Part shown: positions 29,200-37,974 of the stretch, in pieces
Layout of the letters: each line of letters opens with the position of its first letter
Position numbering within the stretch: the first letter of the stretch is position 1
Sequence record: ON529855.1
Strand: one strand, 5' to 3'
Length of the DNA stretch: 64,000 bases
The notes under the pieces: model-generated
What the model saw: the letters and a program-made list of their open reading frames with translations, nothing else
Databases searched by the model: none
What the model was told of the DNA's origin: nothing
Translations under genes and position numbers: made by a program

Positions 29200-29561
29200 C
29201 CAATCCCGTCGTCCTGATCGTCGAGGAGACGATCCAGCGCGCCTATAAGCTGGACCTCGACGATCCCGCCCACGTCGAAATGGTGGACCGGGTGCTGAAC
29301 AACCCCCTGGATCGACCGGCGGTGTTCGCCTTCGAGCGTCACACGCCGCCGGCCTTGTTGGGCAAGCGCGCCCTCAAGGGCAACCGCACGCCCTGGATCA
29401 GCGCCACGAACGCCAAGGGCCACCAGGTGCGCCTGGACCCGGACGCCGAACACGCCGTCAACTCGACGATGACGCTGCTGCACGTCGACGAGAAGGGCAA
29501 GGCCTACCACCAGGTCAAGGTGAAGCGCACCACGGTAGAACGCGGGCCGGTGAAGTCGTGA
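29196..29561 (+). CDS. hypothetical protein
   Basis: GGAG RBS, ATGA coupling. Confidence 0.75.
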   Translation: MTNPVVLIVEETIQRAYKLDLDDPAHVEMVDRVLNNPLDRPAVFAFERHTPPALLGKRALKGNRTPWISATNAKGHQVRLDPDAEHAVNSTMTLLHVDEKGKAYHQVKVKRTTVERGPVKS

Positions 29562-29875
29562 GTTCGGCGATGCTGTGTCCTGAAAACGCCATGACGGTGG
29601 TCGGCGCGCCGCGCGACAAGAGCGGCCCGATCATCCTGCGCCTGCACGCCAGTCACTACGCCCAGGCGGTGCAGGCGCTCCTGGAAGAGACGGCCGCCGA
29701 CCTGCGCGACGACCTGAGCCCCGAGGAAGAGGCGGACCCGCAGGCCCAGGCGGACGCGGACCACCAGGCCTGGAACGACGCCTGCGATCACTTCACCTCG
29801 GTGAAGGTCTATCGCGGACACCCGCTTGAAGGGTCGGACGTCGTGACGCCGCTCCAACTGATCCACGAGGAATAG
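29558..29875 (+). CDS. hypothetical acidic protein
   Basis: GTGA coupling. Confidence 0.65.
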   Translation: MSSAMLCPENAMTVVGAPRDKSGPIILRLHASHYAQAVQALLEETAADLRDDLSPEEEADPQAQADADHQAWNDACDHFTSVKVYRGHPLEGSDVVTPLQLIHEE

Positions 29876-30118
29876 ATGCACCCTGGATTCTATGTCGTGC
29901 GGATGCCGAAGAACGGCGCTGGCAGCCGCTTGATTGTGGAGAGCCGACCGTTCCGAAAGATCGCCTGGATCGAGGCGGAAGAGCCCGGCTACGCGCGCCG
30001 CCAGGCCGAAAGCTGGCGTGACTTCGTCCAGGACGAGCATCCCAAGGATGACGTCTTCGTCATCGAGCGTGAAGGCCCGATGGACGAATCCCCGCGTCCT
30101 CCTCGGCGGACGGACTGA
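29876..30118 (+). CDS. hypothetical protein
   Basis: GAGG RBS; abuts upstream stop. Confidence 0.7.
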   Translation: MHPGFYVVRMPKNGAGSRLIVESRPFRKIAWIEAEEPGYARRQAESWRDFVQDEHPKDDVFVIEREGPMDESPRPPRRTD

Positions 30119-30666
30119 TGGAGCCGCCCTGCAAGAAACGCTTCCTGGCGAAGTCCATCCAGGACTTGGGGGAGTTCACGCGCCATTACGGCCTGACGCC
30201 GCCCGAGGGCCATGACCGGAGCCTGAAGGCTCTGGAGCAGAAATCCTGGGCGTGGTTCGCCAAATCGCTTCACGACGTCAGCGGCGAGATTTACAGCGCC
30301 AGCATCGACGCCTACCTGCGCCCGATGGATCGTCAGTGGGGCACGGCCATGGCGATCGCCTACGAGCCTGTGCGCGTCGGCGGGCTGGTCTTCATCTGGG
30401 ACGCGCGTCCCTGTGGAAATCTGGATCGCTACTTGGACGCCGTCGGCGTCCTGGTGAAGATCGATCGGGAGAAGAACCCCAACCGCCTTTACGAAGAGGA
30501 CGGCGGACCCGCCAGTTGCGGTCAGCGCTACCACCTCCAGAAACTGGACGGGTCAACCGTCTCCTGGGGCAACTGCGCCCCGCGCAATGTGGTCTCACAC
30601 CGGATCACCGAAATGAACCGACAGATCGTCAAGGACCTGGCAAGAGCCCGATGGCCGACCCTCTGA
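30118..30666 (+). CDS. hypothetical protein
   Basis: TGATG coupling; 182 aa. Confidence 0.7.
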   Translation: MEPPCKKRFLAKSIQDLGEFTRHYGLTPPEGHDRSLKALEQKSWAWFAKSLHDVSGEIYSASIDAYLRPMDRQWGTAMAIAYEPVRVGGLVFIWDARPCGNLDRYLDAVGVLVKIDREKNPNRLYEEDGGPASCGQRYHLQKLDGSTVSWGNCAPRNVVSHRITEMNRQIVKDLARARWPTL

Positions 30667-30917
30667 CCCCCGCCGAGATCGATGAAGGCTGGATGGCCGA
30701 GCCCTGCGGCTGCGCCTACCATCCCGGCTCCAGCACCCCGCGCGACCTCGGCGGCGGCATGATCGTGGTCAACGAAGGGTTCCGCCGCCGGTGGTGCCAG
30801 ACGCACACCGATGAACTCATGCGCGATCGTGCGGCGCTGCGCTATCGGTTGTTCGAAGCGCCAGACTCTCCGGCGCCTAGCCCGATGGAACACTGGCTCC
30901 GGCGCAACCGCTGCTGA
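30651..30917 (+). CDS. small Cys-containing protein (CGC...C..H)
   Basis: Start MADPLT; possible Zn ligands. Confidence 0.6.
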   Translation: MADPLTPAEIDEGWMAEPCGCAYHPGSSTPRDLGGGMIVVNEGFRRRWCQTHTDELMRDRAALRYRLFEAPDSPAPSPMEHWLRRNRC

Positions 30918-30918
30918 C

Positions 30919-31389
30919 ATGGCGGTTCTCGACATCGGCTCATGGAAGCCCTGGCCCTCGGGCGCCCTGTCCAACTTCCCACCCCACGCCTTCGTGTTCG
31001 AGGACGTCGAATGCGCCTCCATGGAGGGGCTGGTCCAGGCGTTCAAGTTCAACGAGCCCTACAAACAGGTCATCACCTGCAAGGCCGTGGGCGAGGCCGC
31101 CAAGAACATGGGACGGCGACGCAACCTGCACTGGCAGCGCGTCCAGACCCTGTGGTGGAAGTCGGACGCCTACGACCGTCACAGCCCCGAATACCAGGCG
31201 CTGCTGGATCGCGCCTACAACGCCCTGGCGACCAACCAAGACTTCCGCAACGCCTTGCTCGCGACGGGCGATCACTTCCTGACCCATTCGATCGGCGGAC
31301 GTGATCCACACGAGACCATCCTGACCGAAGCCGAGTTCTGCACCCGGCTGATGCGGCTGCGCCGCGAAATCCGCGAAGGCCTGAGATGA
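30919..31389 (+). CDS. NADAR superfamily protein (T4 gp30.3-like)
   Basis: ALSNFPPHAFVFEDVECASMEGLVQAFKF, TLWW, ALLATG..LTHSIG...ETILTE.EF..RL motifs. Confidence 0.85.
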   Translation: MAVLDIGSWKPWPSGALSNFPPHAFVFEDVECASMEGLVQAFKFNEPYKQVITCKAVGEAAKNMGRRRNLHWQRVQTLWWKSDAYDRHSPEYQALLDRAYNALATNQDFRNALLATGDHFLTHSIGGRDPHETILTEAEFCTRLMRLRREIREGLR

Positions 31390-31640
31390 CCGCTCCTTGC
31401 ATCTATCTTACGGCCCCGGCCGAACTGCATGAGGCCAAGCGCTTTGGCGACGGTTGGCGCCAGGTAGCGCAGCCGGAGCGCTTCCTGTGCGCCTGGGCCA
31501 CCTACCACGAGGACGCCGTCACGGCGCTGTCGAAGGCGCCACCCTGGCTGGTGACCAATGCGCTCGCCGGGCACCTGGTGCGCGCCGACAAGGATTGCCC
31601 GCGCTGCCCCTACTACAAGGCCGGCGATCCGGTCGAATAG
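31386..31640 (+). CDS. hypothetical protein (C-terminal CxxC)
   Basis: ATGA coupling. Confidence 0.65.
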   Translation: MTAPCIYLTAPAELHEAKRFGDGWRQVAQPERFLCAWATYHEDAVTALSKAPPWLVTNALAGHLVRADKDCPRCPYYKAGDPVE

Positions 31641-31672
31641 CCGGAAATCCTGACATCTTCTGCCGTATTTCT

Positions 31673-31701
31673 TGACACCTACGGCGGCGTTAACCATAGT
31701 C
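31673..31701 (+). promoter_or_regulatory. sigma70-like promoter with CtrA half site
   Basis: TTGACA-N17-CATAGT containing TTAACCAT, upstream of RNA ligase. Confidence 0.55.
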
Positions 31702-31733
31702 CGAGGCTTGAACCCCCGACCTCAGGACTAGCC

Positions 31734-32972
31734 GTGAGCACCTTTGCTGTTCCGATCCTCGCGATCGACGACGTCTACGATCACCCCAACGCTGATCGCC
31801 TCTCCATCATCCGCATTCGCGGCTACGAAGCCGTCGCCGGCAAGGCCGAGGACGGATCGCACCGCTTCGTCAAGGGGGAGCGCATCATCTACGTGCCCGA
31901 GGGCGCGGTGGTGCCGGCCGCGCACCTGAAGGAGCGCGGCTACTGGAACGAGGCCAAGGACATCGGCCTGCTGGCGGGAACCAAGGGCAACCGCGTCAAG
32001 GCGATCACCCTGCGTGGCGTGCTGAGCCAGGGCCTTGTGTGGAAGACCGAACCCCTCGTCGGTGCAAAGGTCAAGGATCGCGCGACCGGAGACATCGTCG
32101 CCCAGGTGAATCCGGAGAAGCCTGCGCTGGCGGTCGCCACGGCCGAAGACGGCTCGAAAACGGCGGTGATGGTTGATTTCGGCGACGACGTCGCCGACTT
32201 CTTCGGCATCACCAAATACGACCCGCCGATCCCTCCGGGCCTGGACGGCGACGTCTTTGGCCTGTTCGAGGCGATGTTCAACTACGACATCGAGAACGCC
32301 AAGGCCTTCCCGAACCTGTTCACCGAGGACGACGTCGTCACGGTGACGGAGAAGCTGCACGGCACCTTCTGCCGGATGACCTACATGCCCGGCATCGAGC
32401 CGCGCGAGGACCTGTTCGGCGACGGCCGCGTGGCGATCACCTCCAAGGGCCTGGGCGCCGACGGCCTGGTGTTCAAGAACACCGCCTTCAACCGCCAGAA
32501 GAACGTCTACGTGCGCAACATGCTGCCGCTGGTGGACCACTTCGTCTCGGCCTGCAACCAGGACGCCAAGGGCCTGACGGTCCACCTGATGGGCGAGGTC
32601 TACGGCGCCGGCGTGCAGGACCTCAAGTACGGCCGCACCGAAGACCAGGGCTTCGCCGCCTTCGACGTCTGGATCGAGAAGTCGGGCTTCCTGGCCGAGG
32701 TCGAGAAGGATTACGCCTGCATCGCCTTCGGGGTGGAGCGGGTGCCGGTGCTGTTCGAGGGCTTCTACGACAAGGCGCTGATCGAAGACTTCGCCAAGGG
32801 CGACACCACGATCGACGGCGCCGCGAACATCCGCGAGGGCGTCGTCGTGACCCTGACCGGCGAGCAGGACAAACGCCCTGACGGCAACGGCCTGGGCGGC
32901 ACCCTGCGCCCGATCTGCAAGGTCGTGTCGGAAGCCTACCTGACCCGCAAGGGCGGGACCGAACTGCAATAG
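31734..32972 (+). CDS. RNA ligase, DRB0094 (Rnl2-related) family
   Basis: HPNADRL, LRGVLSQGL, TEKLHGT motif I, GEVYG.GVQ, FDV, REGVV, terminal K.VS..YL. Confidence 0.92.
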   Translation: MSTFAVPILAIDDVYDHPNADRLSIIRIRGYEAVAGKAEDGSHRFVKGERIIYVPEGAVVPAAHLKERGYWNEAKDIGLLAGTKGNRVKAITLRGVLSQGLVWKTEPLVGAKVKDRATGDIVAQVNPEKPALAVATAEDGSKTAVMVDFGDDVADFFGITKYDPPIPPGLDGDVFGLFEAMFNYDIENAKAFPNLFTEDDVVTVTEKLHGTFCRMTYMPGIEPREDLFGDGRVAITSKGLGADGLVFKNTAFNRQKNVYVRNMLPLVDHFVSACNQDAKGLTVHLMGEVYGAGVQDLKYGRTEDQGFAAFDVWIEKSGFLAEVEKDYACIAFGVERVPVLFEGFYDKALIEDFAKGDTTIDGAANIREGVVVTLTGEQDKRPDGNGLGGTLRPICKVVSEAYLTRKGGTELQ

Positions 32973-32987
32973 GAGTCACGTTTTCCG

Positions 32988-33332
32988 ATGCAGTCGCTTC
33001 AGGACGGCCTGGTCGAATGGGCCACCTACGCCTTCGGGCGTGAAACGATCGACGATCAGCGTCAGCGCGCCATGCGCTGCCTGGAAGAGGCGGTCGAACT
33101 GGCCCAGGCCCTGGGCGTGGATGAGGCGGCCTGCCATCGGCAGGTCGTCCACACCTACGGCCGCCCCGTCGGCGATCCCGCCCAGGAGGTCGCCGGCGTC
33201 ATCAACGGCGCCTTGATGGCGGCCGAGAGCATCGGCGTCGACGGCCTGCTGGTCGCCGAGGCCGAACTGGAGCGGGTCTGGCTCTGCGTGGACGACATCC
33301 GCGTCAAACAACTGGCGAAGGTTCAGCCCTAA
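32988..33332 (+). CDS. MazG-like NTP pyrophosphohydrolase
   Basis: W...AFG...R..R.LEEA.EL all-helical motif. Confidence 0.7.
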   Translation: MQSLQDGLVEWATYAFGRETIDDQRQRAMRCLEEAVELAQALGVDEAACHRQVVHTYGRPVGDPAQEVAGVINGALMAAESIGVDGLLVAEAELERVWLCVDDIRVKQLAKVQP

Positions 33333-33335
33333 GCC

Positions 33336-36314
33336 GTGGCCCACATCGACTATGAGAACAACCTGTTTCTCGGACGCGGCACGTTCGAGGAGCGGGAAAT
33401 CTTCCGTGATGTCCTGGGCAAGTTCCAGGGCTTCACCTTCTCCAAGGAATACGGCTGCTGGACGACCGGCGACGTCGTGATGGCCCAGGCGGTCAAGGGC
33501 GTGGTCTGGACCGACCGCGCCATGGCGCGTCTGCGCACCCTGCTGGAAGCCGCCAAGATCAGCGAAGAACTGTCGTGGCGATCGGATACGACCTATGTGC
33601 CGCCGTCGCCGCCGGGGTTGAGTTACCTCCCCTACCAGCGCGCCGGCATCGAATACGCACTGATGCGCAAGGACACGCTGATCGCCGATCAGCCCGGCCT
33701 GGGCAAGATGGCGAGCGTCAATACGCCCGTACTAACCCCGTCTGGGTGGCGCCGTATGGGCGATCTGGCCGTGGGTGACGACGTGATCGCCGTTGATGGT
33801 CAGTCCACGCGGGTCATCGGGGTCTATCCCCAAGGCATTCTGCCAAACTATCGGGTTCGATTCCGGGACGGCACGACGACCAACTGCGGCGCCGACCATC
33901 TCTGGGCCGTCGGAAGCCCGACGCGTCGAAACCGCGCAAAAGCGATGGGCAGGCCAGACTACGAATACACGGTCAAGTCCCTGCAAGAACTGATGGACGG
34001 CGGGCTCACCTCGTCTCCCGACGGCGTCCGCGTGGGGGCGAAATGGTATGTGCCTCTGGTCGAGCCGGTCGCGCACCCCGCGCGGGACCTGCCGATCGAC
34101 CCCTACATTCTCGGCGTTCTCCTGGGCGACGGCGCCTTGACCTCCTGCGGCACCGGGTTCTCCAACCCGGACATCGACGCGGACATTCGCGACGAAGTCT
34201 CACGGCGCCTGCCCGACGGCTACCACCTGCGCGTGGACCGATCTTCGGGCTGCCCGCGCGGCATGATCGTATCGGAGACGCACAAGGTTCACGCGCTCAA
34301 GGCCGCGCTCCGTGACCTGGGGCTGAACGTCCTCAGCGGCGATCGCTTCATCCCTGAAGGCTATATCCTCGCCTCCGTCGAACAGCGGCTGAGCCTGCTG
34401 CGCGGGCTCATGGATACGGACGGCTCATCGAGCGGAAACCGGATCGCCTTCCACACGACGTCGCCCAGGTTGGCGGCGGGGGTGGCCGAACTCGTCCGCT
34501 CGCTGGGAGGCGTAGCGATCGAACGGTGGTATGACCGCGAGGCTGAGGGTAAGCCTGCCGAATGTCAGGTCAACGTGAAGATGGCGATCTGCCCCTTCTT
34601 CGCACGACGCAAGGCCCGCAACTGGTCACCCCAAAACCCGCGCCGATACATTCATGCCGTTGAGCGGATCGAGGACTGCGAGCAGGTCTGCATCGCGGTC
34701 GATCACCCTCGCCGGCTCTATGTCGCCGAGCACTACATCGTCACGCACAACACGATTCAGGCGATCGGCGTCCTGAACGCTGACGAGACCATCAACAGCG
34801 CCCTGTTCATCGTACCGGCCTCGCTGAAGATCAACTGGCACCGCGAGATCGACAAGTGGATGCTGCCCAACCTGACCTTCGGCATCGCCGAGGCCAAGCG
34901 GATCGACAAGGAGTTGATCGGTTACGCCAAGGCCTATGAATATGTCGAGGACGGGGTCTACAAGACCGGGGCCAAGGCGGGCCAGCCCAAGTTCAAGAAG
35001 GTCGAGGTCCAGGGCAAGCCCAAGTATCGCAACGTCGAGACGTCCGACTACTGGCCCGACACCGACGTCGTCATCATCAACTACGACATCCTGGAGCGCT
35101 TCGCGGTCCAGATCAAGGAACGCAACTGGGATTACCTAGTCTGTGACGAATGCCATGCGCTGAAGAGCGCCGCCACCGGCCGCACCCTGTTCGTCCTCGG
35201 CGGAAAGCAGGAGTTCAACAAGGCCCAGCGCGACAAGCGCAAGGCCGAAGGCCTGTCGTCGCGACCGATCTGGCATCGCGCCATCGACGCCAACCGTCGC
35301 GTCTTCCTGTCCGGCACGCCGATGATGTCGCGGCCGGTGGAGTTGTGGCCCGTCGCCCACGCCTTCAACCCCTCCGACCTGGGTCGCGACTATGTCGACT
35401 TCGCCTACCGCTACTGCGCCGCCTGGACGACCGCCTACGGTCTGGACGTTTCGGGCGCCTCGAACCTGGAGGAGTTGGGCCAGAAGGCCCGCGCCAGCTT
35501 CATGGTGCGCCGGCTGAAACGCGAGGTGCTGCCGGAACTGCCGCCCAAGCGCCGCATCGTCGTCACCTTGGATAGCCCTGAAATCCGCGAACTGGTCGCC
35601 CGTGAAGACGAACTGGCCCAGGCGTTGCGCCTCTACGAGAACGTCACCCTCAACAAGGGCGTGGTGGTCGACGAGATCAACCACGGCATCCAGATCGTCA
35701 ACCACATGACGCGGATGGGGATGACGGACGAGTTCGATCCCGACAATCCGAACTGGCGCTCGCTCGACCTCGACTACGCCGCCTCGGTCGCCGGTCTGGA
35801 GCCGCCGGCCGTCGCCATCCTGTTCGAGGAAATGGCGAAGGTGCGCCGCGATCTCGGGCTCGCCAAGCTGAGCGCGCTCAAGCCGTGGATGGATGACTTC
35901 CTGGAGGGCGGCGAGAAGCTGCTGATGTTCGCCTACCACTCCGACGTGGTCAAGGCGCTGGCCCTGGCGGCCGAGAAGTGGAACCCGGCGGTGATCTGGG
36001 GCGGCACGCCCCTGCACAAGCGCCAAGGCGAGGTCGACAAGCTGCAAGGCGACGAAAGCTGCCGCCTGTTTATCGGCAACATCCAGGCGGCCGGCGTCGG
36101 CTTCACCATGACGCGCGCCCATGACGTCGCCTTCGCCGAGGGCGACTGGGTGCCCAGCCAGATTGAGCAGTGTGAGGACCGCGCCTGCCGCATCGGCCAG
36201 ACGGCCGAGAAGATCAACAGCTACTTCCTGGTCGCCAACGGCTCGCTCGATTCCCGCATCGCCCAGGCCGCCAAGGCCAAGGAAGACAACATCAACCTGG
36301 CGATGGGGGCGTGA
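33336..36314 (+). CDS. SNF2-family helicase containing an intein
   Basis: Extein join DQPGLGK|TIQAI (motif I), DECH, LSGTP, HelicaseC GVGFTMT and QCEDRACRIGQ. Confidence 0.93.
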   Translation: MAHIDYENNLFLGRGTFEEREIFRDVLGKFQGFTFSKEYGCWTTGDVVMAQAVKGVVWTDRAMARLRTLLEAAKISEELSWRSDTTYVPPSPPGLSYLPYQRAGIEYALMRKDTLIADQPGLGKMASVNTPVLTPSGWRRMGDLAVGDDVIAVDGQSTRVIGVYPQGILPNYRVRFRDGTTTNCGADHLWAVGSPTRRNRAKAMGRPDYEYTVKSLQELMDGGLTSSPDGVRVGAKWYVPLVEPVAHPARDLPIDPYILGVLLGDGALTSCGTGFSNPDIDADIRDEVSRRLPDGYHLRVDRSSGCPRGMIVSETHKVHALKAALRDLGLNVLSGDRFIPEGYILASVEQRLSLLRGLMDTDGSSSGNRIAFHTTSPRLAAGVAELVRSLGGVAIERWYDREAEGKPAECQVNVKMAICPFFARRKARNWSPQNPRRYIHAVERIEDCEQVCIAVDHPRRLYVAEHYIVTHNTIQAIGVLNADETINSALFIVPASLKINWHREIDKWMLPNLTFGIAEAKRIDKELIGYAKAYEYVEDGVYKTGAKAGQPKFKKVEVQGKPKYRNVETSDYWPDTDVVIINYDILERFAVQIKERNWDYLVCDECHALKSAATGRTLFVLGGKQEFNKAQRDKRKAEGLSSRPIWHRAIDANRRVFLSGTPMMSRPVELWPVAHAFNPSDLGRDYVDFAYRYCAAWTTAYGLDVSGASNLEELGQKARASFMVRRLKREVLPELPPKRRIVVTLDSPEIRELVAREDELAQALRLYENVTLNKGVVVDEINHGIQIVNHMTRMGMTDEFDPDNPNWRSLDLDYAASVAGLEPPAVAILFEEMAKVRRDLGLAKLSALKPWMDDFLEGGEKLLMFAYHSDVVKALALAAEKWNPAVIWGGTPLHKRQGEVDKLQGDESCRLFIGNIQAAGVGFTMTRAHDVAFAEGDWVPSQIEQCEDRACRIGQTAEKINSYFLVANGSLDSRIAQAAKAKEDNINLAMGA
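33708..34751 (+). mobile_element. class 3-type intein with LAGLIDADG homing endonuclease (348 aa)
   Basis: Starts with Met after PGLGK; block B NCGADHLW; LAGLIDADG-like LGVLLGDG and LRGLMDTDG; block F QVCIAV; ends VTHN before Thr+1. Confidence 0.9.
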
Positions 36315-36733
36315 CCTCCCGCACCGCGTGGCAAAAAGAGGTCGACGACCTGTTCTGGGGCGGCGAGCCGTTCGCCGCCCGCCAGCGCCGGGTCGAGACT
36401 GAACGCCGCGAGCGGTGGTCCCAGGAAGTGCGCATCAATCCGTCGGCCGAGGTCTTGGTCGGGCTGTGCCGTAAAGCGCGGTCGCAGGGTCTGCGCGGCA
36501 TGTTGCACCAGGGCGACCTCTACTGGTGGCAGGCCTATTACGCCACGCACCACGACGTCCTTCACTGGATGGCGATCCCCGGCAACAAACTGGCGACCGG
36601 CGTGGAGTTGCACGTCTTCGATGACGGAGCCGTCGGCCTGACCACGTTCGACCGGACGACCTTCGAGGCGTGCTTGATCCATCCGAGTCTGATCGGCCGG
36701 ATCGACGCTGAAGGCGTGCTGATCAGCCGCTGA
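36311..36733 (+). CDS. hypothetical protein
   Basis: GTGA coupling. Confidence 0.65.
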   Translation: MTSRTAWQKEVDDLFWGGEPFAARQRRVETERRERWSQEVRINPSAEVLVGLCRKARSQGLRGMLHQGDLYWWQAYYATHHDVLHWMAIPGNKLATGVELHVFDDGAVGLTTFDRTTFEACLIHPSLIGRIDAEGVLISR

Positions 36734-36814
36734 CAGGCGCCGGCGTTTTCGGCGCCGCAACAAAACTGTGATAGGGGCGTTGGTCAGGTTGTAGTTTTTG
36801 CCTTCAGGACCCCT

Positions 36815-37144
36815 ATGCATACCCGACAACCCGAAGAGTTCGCCCGAATCCTCGACGAGGCGGCCGAGCATATCGCACGCCAACCCATCCATCCCGGCCA
36901 ATCCCTGCCGGGGTTATGGAACCTGGACGACGATTCGCACGAGCCGGCGCGCCTGATCGGCGTCATCGTGGCCTCGGCCCTGGCCCAGGTCTGCAAGACC
37001 GGCGATTGCGACCTGCAAGAGGCGCTCGCCAGCTATGCGGCGGTCTCTCACAACATCCCCCTGGTCGCCAAGGGCGGTCCGGACGTGATCGCGGCGCAGA
37101 ACCTGCGCGACGCCGCCCGGACCCTGCGCGAAGCGCGCCATTGA
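36815..37144 (+). CDS. hypothetical protein
   Basis: AGGA RBS; 109 aa. Confidence 0.7.
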   Translation: MHTRQPEEFARILDEAAEHIARQPIHPGQSLPGLWNLDDDSHEPARLIGVIVASALAQVCKTGDCDLQEALASYAAVSHNIPLVAKGGPDVIAAQNLRDAARTLREARH

Positions 37145-37147
37145 CGC

Positions 37148-37183
37148 AAAAAGGCCCGTCGCTGTCGAGCGCCGGGCCTTTAA
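37148..37183. terminator. probable bidirectional terminator
   Basis: AAAAAGGCCCG...CGGGCCTTTAA between convergent protein and RNA genes. Confidence 0.65.
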
Positions 37184-37186
37184 TGT

Positions 37187-37273
37187 TGGAGGTGCGACCT
37201 GGACTCGAACCAGGATGAGGGTTTCCCCTACGGCTTATGAGGCCGCTGCCTATTCCAGCCGCGCCACCGCACC
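37187..37273 (-). tRNA. tRNA with CAT anticodon, long variable arm and U73 (Met/Ile2 identity uncertain)
   Basis: GGTGCGG acceptor stem; GCGGC-CTCATAA-GCCGT; V-arm AGGG-GAAA-CCCT; CCTGG-TTCGAGT-CCAGG; encoded TCCA end. Confidence 0.85.
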
Positions 37274-37284
37274 AAAAAGAAGTC

Positions 37285-37363
37285 CAGGCGTGCTCCCGTT
37301 ACACTAAACCGGCGAGGGTCATGACCCTCGGGCGCCGGCTGCGGGATCGAACCGCTCTACCTG
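37285..37363 (-). ncRNA. circularly permuted tRNA-like element
   Basis: Order T-arm (GCGG-TTCGATC-CCGC), acceptor-like stem GCCGGCG/CGCCGGT capped by a hairpin, D-arm (GTGT-AACGGGA-GCAC); closed by CAGG/CCTG. Confidence 0.7.
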
Positions 37364-37367
37364 TGTA

Positions 37368-37436
37368 TCCGCTGTCCGCGCCACGCCAGCGTCCGCCGCT
37401 AAGCGGGCGCCTGGAGAGTCGAACTCCGACAACGAA
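37368..37436 (-). ncRNA. second permuted tRNA-like element
   Basis: 9-bp closing stem TTCGTTGTC/GACAGCGGA, T-arm GGAG-TTCGACT-CTCC, capped acceptor-like stem; D-arm degenerate. Confidence 0.55.
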
Positions 37437-37504
37437 GATTCGGACCAGCCCGTCGGCCGGTCCACGAACGCCGCGACGCCGAGGGAGGCGTCGGGGCGGT
37501 CGAA

Positions 37505-37582
37505 TGGGAGCGGGGACACGATTCGAACGTGCGATCTCTTGGTTATGAGCCAAGAATGTTGACCGGGCTACACTACCCCGCG
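37505..37582 (-). tRNA. tRNA-Met (CAT), initiator-like
   Basis: 5' CGCGGGG with 1:72 mismatch, CTTGG-CTCATAA-CCAAG, T-loop TTCGAAT, encoded CCA. Confidence 0.9.
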
Positions 37583-37593
37583 ACTCTTAGGCG

Positions 37594-37894
37594 CCAGTTC
37601 CGACGGCAGTGCGCCGGCTGGTACTCAACGGGCTCCTCCGCCGACCCTGCGCCAGGAACCATGGCGGGCACAGGATCAAGACGGAGGCGTTGCTTTACAC
37701 CCACCTTGGACGTCGGACCCGTCGGGCCGACGAAACTTTGACCAGGGGTTGTGGGACGAGTAATCCCGCCCTCTGGCCCGGCGGACTACTAGGCCTGCCC
37801 TTGCCTGGGCTCCCCCAGGCGTCCGGCACGACTTTTGGTCAACCAACCTTTACTCACGAAGACGGACGTAGCACCCGGCGTGGATCGGAACTGG
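37594..37894 (-). ncRNA. unidentified structured RNA (about 300 nt)
   Basis: 10-bp terminal stem CCAGTTCCGA/TCGGAACTGG, nested CGCCGG/CCGGCG and TTGACCA/TGGTCAA stems, internal hairpins; no credible ORF. Confidence 0.55.
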
Positions 37895-37974
37895 TAGGCC
37901 CCTCTCCTGAACGGGCCGCCGTGCTCTGGCGGGGGTCCGTCGTCATCGCCGCCGGCGTCCGCCTGCGAGAGTAA

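Noticed and set aside
37440-37450. GGCTGGTCCGA, identical to the metazoan Y RNA 5' end
   Set aside because: It is sequestered in a local hairpin (GGACCGGCC/GGCTGGTCC) and no matching UUGAC 3' strand was found; treated as probable coincidence.
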